From Okamejei kenojei (Eukaryota), in the NCBI GenBank assembly GCA_035221665.1, contig CM069158.1:25234001-25298000 (forward strand): a stretch of DNA of 64,000 nt, given 5' to 3'. Made by a program: the position numbers and the translations under genes. The notes under the pieces are model-generated. The model was given only the letters and a program-made list of their open reading frames with translations, did no database searches and had not been told where the DNA came from. Positions 26,581-39,929 of the stretch are shown here, piece after piece (position 1 is the stretch's first letter; each line of letters opens with the position of its first letter).

Positions 26581-28520
26581 CTGTAGAATAATAACAGCCA
26601 GTAATTTAGGTGTTATCTCCATTGTCTATTTTTCCTGACAAGCGAAATCTTGGAGATGAAATAAACAGTGTAGAAGATTGTCATGACCATCCTGAGCACA
26701 CAGAGTATTTAATACAAATTTATTCAAAAAAAATACAAATGCCTTCTACAATTATGTGGTGAAAATAGATATGCTTGTGTGAGTACCCAGCAACACATTT
26801 CTCCCACAAAACATTTATTTTGTTTCCAATGTTTACACAAATTACCAGTTACCACTAAATTCACAACATGATAAAGTTGCCTTGTCAGATCACAGAATAT
26901 ATAGCAGGTACAATTATATGTTCATTAACATTTTAAAGCACAGAGTCTCTTCTCAGGTTCTCAATTATTTAAGTCGCCAAGCCAAAAATATATTTGTGAT
27001 GTAAATGAAGATTCTCTGACAGAACAGAGGATAAATTGGTTTAGATTGGCATGGAATCTAAACAACAGTGCCATTACATTTCTGTCATTAGGCAGAGATG
27101 AGCCACTCTGTCTAAAATTTGCATCTAATTGTTCTTGTGTGTTAAATGAGGATAATTTGGGCAATTGTTCATTCAAATTGTGTTTATCCATCATCCTTAT
27201 CTTCCGAACTTACACTCATTCCTGGTTAAGGACTGCTATGATTTTAAAATTTGTGTTCTTTGTTTTTTCAAACCTCTGCTAGTTTCTCCAGTCTCCTCCC
27301 TGAGACATTTATGCCTCTCCTGATTTCTAGCACAGCTCCGGTTTTTAATTGTTCCATTATGGATAGCTGTGAATTCATGCTCTCAAGATGGCTACCCATT
27401 AATTCCTTTCCTGTCTCTTCACCTCTGTACTTTGCACCAAAGATCCTATAGCTCTGCTATAGGATCTTTGCTTTGCACCTTCTTTTCAGATGCAATTTTG
27501 CTGAAGCTTTTCCTCACCTGCTCTAATGGGTCAGATCAGGCTAGACCAGACCTGACTGGACCATCTGCCTGCGGACCCATATGCCTGTTCATATACTGAT
27601 TGCGAGCCCCTACACCCATTAAACGTCCAGTGAGGCAGCAGCTTGAAGCAGTGATTATATCTCAGACACCATGTTCAGACCCCATGCAGTTCACCAGCCG
27701 GCAAAGGCTTTTAATTATTTTTAATTACCACTAATAGAGACATTTTAATTATTAATAGTTTTTAAAAGAATTATAATGATCAAAATGTAATTAAAACATC
27801 AATACGTAATTAAAACATTGAAATCAAAATGAATAAGTAAAGCCTTTCTCTGCACTTTTATTTTGCACAGGGGCAAAATGCTGATTGCAGCCAAATAGTA
27901 GACAGTCTGATGTGCTGGCCCATGACTTTCAGCACACGCCAGAGTTCTGCATGTGACTAACACATGCGCAGAAATTCAAAATGATGGATAATCAGCAGTT
28001 TCCTTTCCTTTGGAAATATCAGTCAGCACAATTCAGCACATTACCTCTGTGTAAGATTCTGTATAAAATTTTGGTTACTAGTCCTTTTGTGAAGTATCTT
28101 GGGATATTTTATTATGTTAAAGATGCTATATAAATGCAGGTCACTGTTCTTCAGTTGATTCATGTAGTATGGTATTGCTACATCATGTTTTTGAGATTCT
28201 CAATATGCATATTGTTCTATTTTATTGAAGTCAACCTAAGCATAGCTTTGCCTGAATTTCCTGCCTAGTTTTATGCCTGTCAATCTTATCAGCTGCTGTT
28301 TTAAACATTTGTATTGTAGCACCTCAACAGTTTGAATATAATAATACCATGTATCTTTATCAGATATTTAAGATGAATTTCACAGATGTTTCATGTTTTA
28401 ATTTAAAATAATTCTCTCTCTATATATAAGCGGTTACTATTATGATTTTTTTTTGTCAATAACATTCTGCAATATATAGATGAGCAATGTGTGAAAAGGT
28501 AATAAATATTTTCTTTTCAG

Positions 28521-28550
28521 GGAAGGGTGAAGCTTGTCTGTCACAGCGAT
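28521..28550 (+). CDS. UNC13A: 30-nt exon GRVKLVCHSD (MUN subdomain loop)
   Basis: ttttcag|...|gtaaga. Homologous to mammalian Munc13-1 GRVKLPSHSD. Confidence 0.85.
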
Positions 28551-28690
28551 GTAAGAAAATAATTTGGTGTTGAATGTGTCTGTGACTGTATTTTGAAAAA
28601 GTTTTGTGAAGTGCAAGATTGTTACAGCTTTTTTAATACTACTATTTCAGCTGAGTTTTGGCATTCATTGTTTATGTTTCTTTTTCAAAG

Positions 28691-28747
28691 GGAACGCAAC
28701 TTATTTTCAACGCTGCAAAAGAACTCGGGCAACTTTCAAAACTAAAG
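28691..28747 (+). CDS. UNC13A: Munc13-1 exon (GTQLIFNAAKELGQLSKLK)
   Basis: aag|...|gtagg, 57 nt. Confidence 0.95.
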
Positions 28748-29273
28748 GTAGGAGTACAGTGCATCTTAATCTCTATATATGCCAGTGTAATAGGCAAGCA
28801 TCCATCAGATGAAATAAATTCTAATATTTCTATTGCTCAGTGAATGTGATTCCAACCAGTACTTTAAATTATATTAAGTACAAGTGTAGTTTATCACACA
28901 ATTTTGTTGTAAGTCTAAACTTCCAAAGATTTAGTTGTAAGCACCCGAGGTCAAATTGAACCCGGTCTCTGGCGTGTGAGGCAGCAACTCTACCTGCTGC
29001 GCCATCATCTTAAATTAATACTTCTCATCTTTATTCAGTGAGGAGAAGGACATTTTAGTTCGAGAATCCCCAGTGCCGGATGAGACATATTGACCTGCTG
29101 ATAAAGGAGACAAGAGAAGGGATTGGTGAAGCCACGATAGATTTTTAACACTTTACTAGCTGCAGATGAGGTACTTTGTGACTGGAGGGCAAGAAATGTG
29201 GTAGTTTAATTCGTATCTTTATTAATTTTAACGTGATAGGAAAATTATTGGAAAAAAATAAGGAAATAGCTAA

Positions 29274-29480
<207 letters not shown>

Positions 29481-30089
29481 TAAACATTTTGTCCTTATTG
29501 TTTCTATGTGTAGGCGTTCTTACACTACAAGTTTTTCGAAGCAGCACAATTCAATATAGAAATTTTACAGAGAAAAGTAAAATTAACAATGTTAGATGTT
29601 CAGGAACATGAGATATTGGTGAAATATCTAGTATCAGATGACTGTGCATCATTACATATCATTTAGTTGGAGTGGTAAGTGGATGAGATTATATTGCAGA
29701 CATAATAAATTGCAAATGCTGGAATCTTGAACAAAACACAAAATGCTGGAGGAACTCAGTGGGTCAGGGCACTATTTGGGACAAGGGCATGTATTGAGAT
29801 TGTGTTGCAATCTAATACATTCAGACTAGTTTCAGTTTTTCAGTCTTCACTGATACAATGTTTGTCAACTTGAACATTGGATGATCTTTACTATCTTGAA
29901 ATTGTTCAACTGTAGACATAGGCTTGTGTATTTTTTTTCTTCAGTTATCCTTGTTAATTTAATTGATTTTTATTCAGCACAATAAAATTCAAATGCAGCC
30001 TACGATTAGGTGGTACAATAAAATAAGTACTATAAATAAAGTAACTATAAACTTTTTTGTTTACATTTTTGTACATTTATTTTGATTTT

Positions 30090-31190
30090 TGATAAGAGCA
30101 GAGCATTAGACGTTGTCCATATGGATGTCAGCAGGGCATTTGACAAGGTTTGGCATAGTAGGCTGCTCTGGAAGGTTAGATCGCATGGGATCGAAAATGG
30201 ATAGAAAATTGGCTTCATGAAAGGAAGCAGTAGGTGATGGTGGAAGGTTGTTTTTCAGACTGGACTGTTATTAGTGTTATGCCGTAAGGATCAGTGCTGG
30301 TCCCATTGCTGTTTGTTTATCAACAATTTGGATGAGAACATACAAGGCACGATTAGTACATTTGCAGATGACACAAAAGTGGTATGTAGATTGCGAACGT
30401 AGTTATCAAAGTTTACATCAGGATCCCGACCAAGTGGGCAGAGGAATGGTTAATGGAGTTTAATGCACATAAATGTGAGCTGCATTTTGCGAGAGCAGGA
30501 CCATGACAGTAAATGGCAGTGCTCTGGGAAGTGGTAGAACAGAGGGATCTAGGAGTGCAGGTACATAGTTCCCTGAAAGTGGCTTCACAGATAGATAAAG
30601 TTAAGAAGGCTTTAGCACATTGGCCTTCATCAGTCAGGATATGAGTATTGAAGTTGGGACGTTATGTCACACCTGTACAAAGCATGGTAAGGCCACAGTT
30701 GGAGTATCATGTTCGTTTTGGTCACCTTGCTATAGGAAAGATGTTGTTAAGCTGGAAAGAGTGCAGAGAAGATTTACGAGGATGTTGCCAGGACTTGAGG
30801 GCCTGAGACAGGGAGAGGTTGGGCAGGCTAGGACTGTATTCCTTGCAGCATGGGAGGATGAGAGGTGATCTTATCGAGGCGTTTCATATCATGAGGGGAA
30901 TAGATAGGGTCTTTTACCCAGAGTAGGGGAATCAAGAACCAGAGATGGAACAAGAAAGATTTAATAGGAATCTATTAAATGGACGGTGTATGGAATAATC
31001 TGCTGGAGGAGATAGTTGAGGCAGAAACTATAATGGCATTTAAAAGACATTTAGACAGCTACATGGATAGAAAAGGTCTAGGGGGATATGGGCCTAATAC
31101 ATGCAGGTGGGACAAGTGTAGATAGAGCACCTTGGTCAGAATAGACAAGCTGGGTGGAAGGGGCTGTTTCCGGACTGTATAACTCTATAC
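30090..31190 (+). mobile_element. CR1 LINE ORF2 3' fragment
   Basis: DVVHMD..RAFDKV, GSVLVPLLF, FADDTK and LERVQRRFTRMLPGLEGL motifs with decay. Confidence 0.9.
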
Positions 31191-31346
31191 CGTAATTTCA
31201 TTTTCTCGCGCATTATTAATATTTTTTCCATATGTTTACCTGATTCACACGGTGATCTTGCAATTGACTTAACCTGGCATTGTATCTTGGAAGAAATTTT
31301 AGTTCTGATGTCTTGTGGAGCTGATTGAGAATCTCTCATGATTTAG

Positions 31347-31652
<306 letters not shown>

Positions 31653-31799
31653 TAAATAGTTGAAATCCCATTGTTTATCATTGTTCCTGTTGGAAAATCT
31701 AACAAAATTGTACTGGTAGTATTCATTTTTATTTTATCAGCAAAGTGTGTACAAAAGTAAAGTTAAAACAAAACATATAAATAAATATGGACACACGTG

Positions 31800-32010
31800 C
31801 AGAGGCCAGAATCTTGACTGAAACACAAAGTGCTGCAGGATTTAAGTGGGTCAGGCAGCATCTGTAGAGGGAATTGGAACAAACGACATTTCGGGTCAGG
31901 ACCATTCTTCAGACTGATTAGAGTAGGGGGAGAAACCTGGAAAAGAGAAGTGGGGGCAAAGCGTGGCAAGTGTTAAATGGATAGAGGGGGGAGATGGCAG
32001 ATGGGTGGAG
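31800..32010 (-). mobile_element. Penelope-derived terminal element with hammerhead-like core (31885-31912)
   Basis: Minus strand reads CTGAAGA-ATGGTCCTGACCC-GAAATGTC...agatgctgcctgaccca. Confidence 0.6.
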
Positions 32011-33114
32011 TAAGTGTAATTCCAACTAATGTACAGCTTTATGGAAGATGAGAAAGCTTAGTTTCATTAGGAAAACCACTGGATGTCGACAGTAATAGAA
32101 AATTAAAGTTGCACGTGCTGGGAATATGAATAAAAAAATCGGAAATTGCTCAGCATGTCTGGTAACATCCGTGGAAGAAGAAACCCAGTAAGCACAATAA
32201 GCTTTTCAGTTTGTGACTTCTTCAGCAAAACTAGGAAACTGAGAAAACACATTAGCTTTGGGTACAGAGAGGGTCACTTGGCAGATGAGATGGGGTTGCA
32301 TAGTCACAGAGATTATCATTGATAGGATGAAATCAGGAGATCCCAATGGTTAAGGAACTATCCAGTGAATAAATTAATGAGTGCAATAAGAGAGAGACAG
32401 AAAACAAAGGGACCTATTAAAGTTCTGAAATGCACGTCAGAACTGTTATTGAAACCGGAATTCTAAAAAGAAAATGCTGGAAATGTTGAGCATGCCCTCT
32501 GGAGTGAGGAAAACTTAGATAATGTTACCGATTGATAATCCAAACCTGATATTTGATAGACGTGGTGCCAACATTATTATCATCGAGGTCCCAGTGTATC
32601 TAAGTCATTGTGCCCTTGTGAAGGCTGCAATAATTATATTTTAGAGATTTTAAGATGCTGTCAGATTTATTTTACACAGTATGTCAATTTAATACAATAT
32701 CTATTCATCTGGATGTTCTTATCTTAATTATCTCATCAGTTTTTGACAAAAATCTAACTTGCTAACAACATTTTTACATCATTTGCTTGTATCTTCCTTT
32801 TGTATCCTCTACTTTATTTTAACCAATTTGAAATCAATAGTGCTAATAGGAGAATAATTATTTGTCTAGGGTTGATCAAGAATCAATGGAAGCAGTGCGA
32901 TCTAACATAGAAACAATTACTCCACAATGCTAGAGCAAAAATACTGCACAGATTGGAAATAGAAATAGCAAAAAGTTTCAAAATACTCAGCACATCAGAC
33001 ATTGATTGATTAAGAGAGAAACAGAGCAACTTGTGTAAAATCTATTGATTTGCAGTCATTTGCCACATAAATTGTGGATGCAAGAGTAAGCGATAGGCTT
33101 TGTAGTGCAGTTCA

Positions 33115-33788
33115 AAGGTATTTATTGGTCACGTACACCAATTGGTGTAGTGAAATGTTTCTTGCCAATGCAGCACATAAAAAAAGAATACAGACATAAC
33201 AATAATAAAGAGATTTTAAACACAAAAAACATCTCCCCACAATGGTTCCCATTATGAGGGAAGGCACAATGTTCAGTCCCCATCCCATGTCCTCCCATAG
33301 TCGGGCCTATTGAGGCCTCCGCAGTCGCCTTCACGGAGGCCCGATGTTCCAGGCAGTTCTCGCCGGGTGGTGGTGCCCCGGTGTCGGGAGAATCCTCTCA
33401 GCGGCTTGGGACGCCTGGAACAGCCGCTTCCTTACCGGAGTCTGCGGCTTCTGAGGCCAACAAGGCCGCACTGAATGGAGCTCCCCCACTGGCTCCCGAT
33501 GTTGAAGTCAGCGCCACAGCTGGCCGCTCCACAGACTCGCGGCTCTGCGATTTTTTTTTTGTCGCCGGTTTCAGCTCACCGGAGCTCCAGCGCAGCGACC
33601 CAGGCAAGGCATCGCCCGCTCCGCCCCGCGATGGCGCTGCGCCGCTGCCGAAGCCGAGGTTCTGGGCGGTCTCCTCAAGAAATGCCGCTCCAGGCCCGCT
33701 GGTAGATCGCGAGGACGGGTCGAAGATGCAGCCTGGAGAAAAGCTGCCTCTTCGACCAGGTAGGGACCAGGAAAAGTAGTTTCCCCCT

Positions 33789-33821
<33 letters not shown>

Positions 33822-33920
33822 ACACAAAAAAGAATAGACTCCAAACAAAATACTTTAACTCACTAAAAATAACAAAACGAGTGAAACACGGGCAGCCATA
33901 CCACACAGGACGGCGCCCCC
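33115..33920 (-). mobile_element. GC/CpG-rich non-autonomous interspersed element with LINE-like tail
   Basis: Sharp GC-rich island. Minus strand ends 'catttcactacacc..gtgtacgtgaccaataaa'. Its ORFs are low-complexity. Confidence 0.5.
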
Positions 33921-34888
33921 TAGAGATAATCAAATTATCCTGTATCTAGATCCAGCAACACTGAATGATCTGCAATTCATTTTCCAAGTGGTGGCATTTT
34001 CACATGGCTACTGGACTTCTACTTTAAGGCGATCATAGATCGCTACTTTTGAAGTCTTACCAGATTGCTGCAGTGCACTTTGTAGAAAGTGCGAGCTGCA
34101 GCCTGGAGTTGCAGTGGTGGAGGAAATGAATGATTTGCAGTATTAGTTTGGTGCCCTATCTGTTGGTTGTTTGAGATGGGGCTGCACTCATTTGATCAAC
34201 TTGGAAATATTCCACTGCACTTGTGCATTATAAGTGATAGAATGGCTTTAGTTGTTAGTAGCAATTTGTGCTTCAGGGTACCCAGGTTTTAACTTGATCC
34301 AGGTGCATTAGAAATATTGTTGAATGTCAGGAGAAAATGGTTAGACATGTCTAGTGCCAATGTTATTTCCCACTTTTCGCCCCATGTTGAATGTTTCTAG
34401 CTGCAGGCAGGGATGATCTGAGTGGTGAAGACATTTCAACACAGTGCAAAATCCTCCCTCTGACCTTGCTTTGAAAGGACAGCATTGATAAATCAATTGC
34501 TGGTGAATCTGGATTTCATTGCCACAGACGGTGGTCAGAGTGTTTGTTATTTTTAAAGCAGAGATTGATAGGTTCTTGATTAGTAAGGGGTGTCAAAGGT
34601 TACAGGAAGAAGACAGGAGAATGGGATTGAGGGGGAAATATAGATCAGTCATGATTGAATGGTGGAGCAGACAGAATGGGCCGAATGCCTAATTCTGCTC
34701 CTATGCCTTGTGAACTTACAAAGGTACTTGAAGGACATGATTAAGCTCGAGGTGGTGCATAAATGATTCACAGGAATGTTCCCTGGACCGGACGGGTTGA
34801 GTAATGAGGAGAGATTGGTTAGGCTGGAGATAGACACAAAATGCTGCAGGAACTCAGCGGGACAGGCGGCATCTCTGAAGGCATGGGT

Positions 34889-34916
34889 GACGTTTCAGAT
34901 CGAGACCCTTCTTCAG
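34889..34916 (-). ncRNA. Minimal type I hammerhead ribozyme motif (Penelope-associated)
   Basis: Minus strand reads CUGAAGA-A-GGGU(CUCG)AUCU-GAAAC-GUC: intact core, stem II with GU pairs, palindromic ACGU helix III. Confidence 0.55.
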
Positions 34917-36079
34917 ACTAGAGTCGGGGGAATGGGAAACGAGATGTATAGACAGTGATGCAGAGAGATATAGAACAAATGAATGAAATATATGAAACTA
35001 TATGTTTCCCCAGAACATAGGCGGCTGAGAGGTGACCTTCTAAGGGCTTATGAAATATGAAAGGCAAAGATAGGGTAGATAGTCATAGTCTTCTTTTCCA
35101 CGTTAGGATTAAAGTGGAACTGGGGTAAGCTTTTCACACAGAGGGTGGTACTTACATGGAAAGATACGTCAGAAATTGTGGTAGTGGCAGGTTCAATTAC
35201 AAGTTGGCCAAAGGGCCTGTTTTGGTGCTATACAACACAAGGGAGGGAAGGTTGGAGCAATTGGACTTATCAACACCAATATTAACTGGTTTCTTGGGCA
35301 GCTGGAAAATGCCAGAGTTGTACAAATCTGAAAATAAATAGCTGTCGAGTAATTCCTTTCCTATTATCTAATGGCATTAAACCAGCATTTTGTTTTGCCT
35401 TAATCGTGTTTTAAAAGTGTTGTGACAATTCAAATCAATATTTTCGAAGTTCCAAGAACACTCTTATTGGACTTTCTTTTACATTACTGTGATGTATCCG
35501 TTTCAGAATGTGGTATCATTTTGACCTATTGCAAGAATACATAGATGCTGGCACATAGCTTTACAGCACAGGGGCCAGCCTGTAACGGGAACTGAACAAT
35601 ATAAGCAGCACTCTTCCACAAATAGGAGAGTATTGGTTCTTCAAGAGCTAAAGTGAGGAGAGAAGGGAAGAGTGCGTGGAAGGACCTGGAGAAATTACCC
35701 ATAGGAGGTGTGTTCTTTGTTCAAAGGAGCAACACAGGTCCTCAAGGACTTCAGACAGCCAGGCACTTGTAAAAGTGGCTAGCTAGCTAGGGTTATAATT
35801 AATATAATCAGCTTTTGGCAGGTACTTGGCTAGAAAGAGCATAGAGGGAAACAGTGTTAATGTAAGCAAATGGTTTTAATGTACATATACATCACAGTTT
35901 CTAGGTTGAGGTGGGCCAAAGAACCTGTTTCTATGTGGTGTACATTTCTGATTCTCTGAAATGAGTACAATTTATTAATTCTCCTGCAATTGCAAGAGTT
36001 GTAACACTTATCCCTATACCTCCATCTAGTGTCCAATGTTCCCTTCTTTACATCAGCGAGACCAAACATATACTGTTTT

Positions 36080-36625
36080 GTCCAACACACTTGTCTGGAA
36101 AGGTTTACTGGATATCCCGGTTGCTAACCATTTTACTGCGCTTCGCGTTCCCATACTGGCTTTTCTGATCTGAGCCTCCTCCAATGCCAGAGTAAGGCCA
36201 CATACAAACTGGAGAAACTAAGCCTCATATTCTGCTTGGGTAGCTTACAACCCAACAGTATGTGCAATGAATTCTCCAATTTTTGGAAACTACAAACCCT
36301 TCCCAATCTCACTTCTTCTCCCCCATCTTGACATACTAATCGATTTCTCCCCTTCCACTTACATATCTTTCTCTAGCATCAGAATTCTTAACTCTTAAAT
36401 CCTTTTGTCTCAAACCATTTGTCTTTTCATCTTTGACCTTTGTCTGCCATCTGCCTATAAAAGAAAACCCTCGCCTGTATCAACCTGTTAGCTACAAGGC
36501 TTTCAACTGCCCCTCCTCTCTTTCAGCTTTCTTTCCACCCCTTCCCCGCATTCGGTCTGAAGAAGGATACCGGCCCAATGCTCTCCAGAGATGCTGCCTG
36601 ACTGCAGAGTTACTCCAGCACTTTT
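36080..36625 (+). mobile_element. Penelope-like element 3' end (GIY-YIG C-terminus plus tail)
   Basis: PVANHF...YKLEKLSLIFCLGSLQPNSM.NEFS, then pyrimidine-rich UTR and 'ctgaagaagg...agatgctgcc..ttactccagca'. Confidence 0.7.
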
Positions 36626-37859
36626 TCTTGCAATTTATGAGTGTTTACCTTTTGAGGAAGCTTGCAGTACAAGCAAATTCCCGTGAGTGCTCTGTGTATC
36701 GTCTGGACTGGAGTTAAAATGGATGTCATCTTTCCCTCTGCTATATGGAGCTTGGGTGATCTCCCTAATGAAGCATTCAGTGAGCATCAAGGTACTCCTA
36801 ACTATTTTGCCCCTGGAATCTTTTGGGGCACCAACAGAGAATATACTTCACCTCTTAGGCAGCGGTGCACCTTTGCATCAGACACATGACCATTGTCATT
36901 TTCTGCCCTAGCATTGCCAATTGTTTTGACTGTTTGCAGTTGAAGTGAGTGGCCATTTAGCGTTGCAGTTCTGGCTTGATCGGTGCAAGTGTATGTGCTT
37001 ATTGACTGCTTATACAGTGTAATGGGGATTCCTTCAGAACACACAGCAATCCTTATCATCTGGAAGGGCTGCCAATCCACCAAACAGCACTGGTTTCTTT
37101 GGGCAAGTAGACCTTTCTGCACGGATGCACAACATTTGGATTGCTGCCATGATGCCTGTGGCAGTTCTCCTTCTGTCTGTGTCGTCTTCAAACAGTGTTA
37201 GCAGCTGTTTTCTTAAATAAGAGTGAGAGCTATTTTGAACATGGCAAACCATCAGCTTTAGATGCATTGAGCATTCGGAAGGTGCTCTTTATTACACAGC
37301 AGTAGGTCTCCAGAATGGTGGTCTACCCCGCAATGCACAAGAATGGCACGGGATGAAGAACAAGATGAGCACTGCAGAAGGGCTATGAAAATTGGTGCTG
37401 GCATGTTGTCAGCATAGTCTTTTGTCCTTTGCATAGTCTTTTGTCAACTTGTCTTTCCTACATTTCATCCATTGACACATTAGAAGACAATTTGCTTGTT
37501 AGTAAAAATGGTTAGTTGTAATGGCATTCATTGTGGGCAAGCCCTTTGTAATTTCATTATGTATTTGATATTGATTGCATTGCTCATGGGCAAAGATTTC
37601 ATATTCAAGGCTTGCAACATCATGCCTGACATTAACTCATTTACTCTTTCCCCAAGAATACACAGTGTGGCTTCAGCCCTTACTATGGTTTTTCTTGCCA
37701 CAGTTCCAGAGGTAGTCTGTTCATTGTTAACCATTGGTTGAGTCTCTTGGTCTTGTTAATTAGGGCTTTATCAGCCCTGAGTCAGCTAACATTGACCCAA
37801 TGCTTCCCTCGTCTTATATGGAAACAAAGACCACAAAAAGGTACAGCACTCCACTTCCT

Positions 37860-38300
37860 GTGACAACCCCAATGCCAGTCTAATTAATCCCATCTGTCTG
37901 CATATTATCCATTTCCTTGTTTGTTTATGTGCTGTGCAAATGCATGTTAAATGTTGCTATTCTCTCTGCTTCTATAACCTCATCTGGCAACAAATACAAG
38001 GCACCTACTACTATGCAAGAAAATACCTGCCTCATGCATCTCCTTTAAACTTTTCCCCCATCTCACCTTAATCTTATGCTTGCTGGTATTTGACATTTCC
38101 ATCTCGGGGGGGGGGGGGGAAGATTCTGGTTATCTACACCTCATAATTTTATACTTCTATCTGAGGGAAGGTTTCCCCTCAGTCTCTGATGGCCCAGTGA
38201 AACACAATTCATATTGGTTCCACCTCTCCTTAATCCAAGTAGCATTCTGGTGAACCTCTTTTGCACCCTCCCTAAACCCCACATCCTTCCTATAATACAA
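37860..38300 (-). mobile_element. CR1 LINE 3' fragment
   Basis: Minus strand 'gggtgcaaaagaggttcaccagaatgct' and 'tataaaattatgagg'. Confidence 0.7.
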
Positions 38301-39929
38301 TCAACTATAAGATTCGTTAGGCCTGATATTCAGATATTTTATTCTACTCCAGCTTTGAATTGAGTTTTTTTTTTAAATGTCCCTGTTAAAACAAAACCCG
38401 TAACAAAACGTGTTTGAGGAGAATAAAGCTTCAGTTACCGAACATCTTCAAATTGAAACTGATTAAGAACATAGCTTTAAACAACTGCGTGGCACTCTTC
38501 AGACTCCATGAACATCTACCATGTAGCTTCAATAAAATAAAATACCATGCAGTGAAATAAAATAGAAATCTAATTAGAAGCTAGTCAGTTAAATAAATAA
38601 AGGTATGGTACTGGGTGATTTAATGAGTTGCAGTAGGACCCTGCTCAATTTTGAAGAAAGACGATTTGCAGTTTGAGCACCTTTTATCAAAAATAATTGA
38701 CAGCAAGCAAAGAGGCAGTCTAATCTGAAAGACTTTTTGTGTACCCTCTGAAAGACTAATGACCTGACAGCTTAAAATCAGGAAGTCAGAATCTAGAATT
38801 AGAAGGATGAGCAAATAACAATACATCCAAGGAACTTGTTACAGAATTTTAGACAAGTTAAATGGGTGTAAAATCATGGAGGAGAGTTTCAGTTAAAGAT
38901 GAGTGAAGGTGGAGCAGCATTGGACAATGATTTAGAGGTGTAAGTAGGCGATGTTAGAGATTGTAGTTTGGCATTCATGGCAGGTTCATAAGATACGGTT
39001 GTGAATGGCCATCTCAGCCTTGGACAGCTGCCAGGGAGTGGGAGTGTGCTTGTGACATGGCCTGGAATTTTGTCGTGCCAGGAAATAATTGAAAGAATTT
39101 TCAGTTCTTCCAGGAACGAATGTCAGGCAAACAAAGTGATAAATTTAGGCACTGGAGAGTTTGAGAGGGATAAGCTTGAGTTGAGGCTTGATGCCATCAT
39201 CATGTGTATGAATCTGATGTGTATTTGGATGATGCTAGTGGTAGCAACTGGATTGTAAAAAAGGGCAAAAGTTTAGTTTCTAGAAAACATCCGTTACCAG
39301 TGCAGGAACAGGAAAAAAAATATTTGCAGATGATTCTTTGATTAAATGAGAATGCAATCCTATGTTGCTGGATAACAGAAGTGTTGGAACTTCCTCAAAT
39401 TATGTCAAATTATTTTAAGAAATAATTAGAAACCAGTTTACAATGACAAGATCATTTAAATATTGTTTGTAACAACAATCTGCCTCTGGATAAATATTTT
39501 CTTTCTTGGATTCAAATATGAAATGGGGTTGGGTAATCACTGTATTTTTTAATTTATAAGCACAAACCATTCTGTCTTAATTGGCATTAAAGTGTTTGCA
39601 TCCCATGACTGGTAAAACACAATTGGAATGTCTTAGTGTCTAAATGTTTTCACCTGTCCTATGCTGTTATGAATGAAGGTTTTGTAGTTTCCCCATTCAA
39701 AATCTACTTTATTTTAAAAGCAAGAATTTAGTTTGTTTCAAAATAGGGGGTAAATGGACAAAACAGAATTTATGTAGATGAAAGCTGGTGGAACATTTGC
39801 AATAAATCCATATTTCAGTTAGCAATTAATTCAACTTATTAAAAAAAAATCTAATTTAGTAATAAGTTCTCCCTTCTACATTTTCACAATCATCCCAAAT
39901 TTACCAGTTAAAACAAGAATCAAAACAAA

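Noticed and set aside
27871-27900. Possible exon after ttttgcacag (GQNADCSQI)
   Set aside because: Weak donor and no similarity to the Munc13-1 loop.
28480-28498. tag|ATGAGCAATGTGTGAAAAG|gtaata as a microexon
   Set aside because: 19 nt, contains an in-frame TGA, and leaves only 22 nt to the next exon, too short for an intron.
33381-33933. Overlapping 120-148 aa ORFs
   Set aside because: By-product of a GC-rich repeat and a poly-C run; no domain similarity or splice structure.
36740-37480. Possible old RTE-type LINE or coding exon on the minus strand
   Set aside because: Too degraded to assign a family or reading frame by eye.
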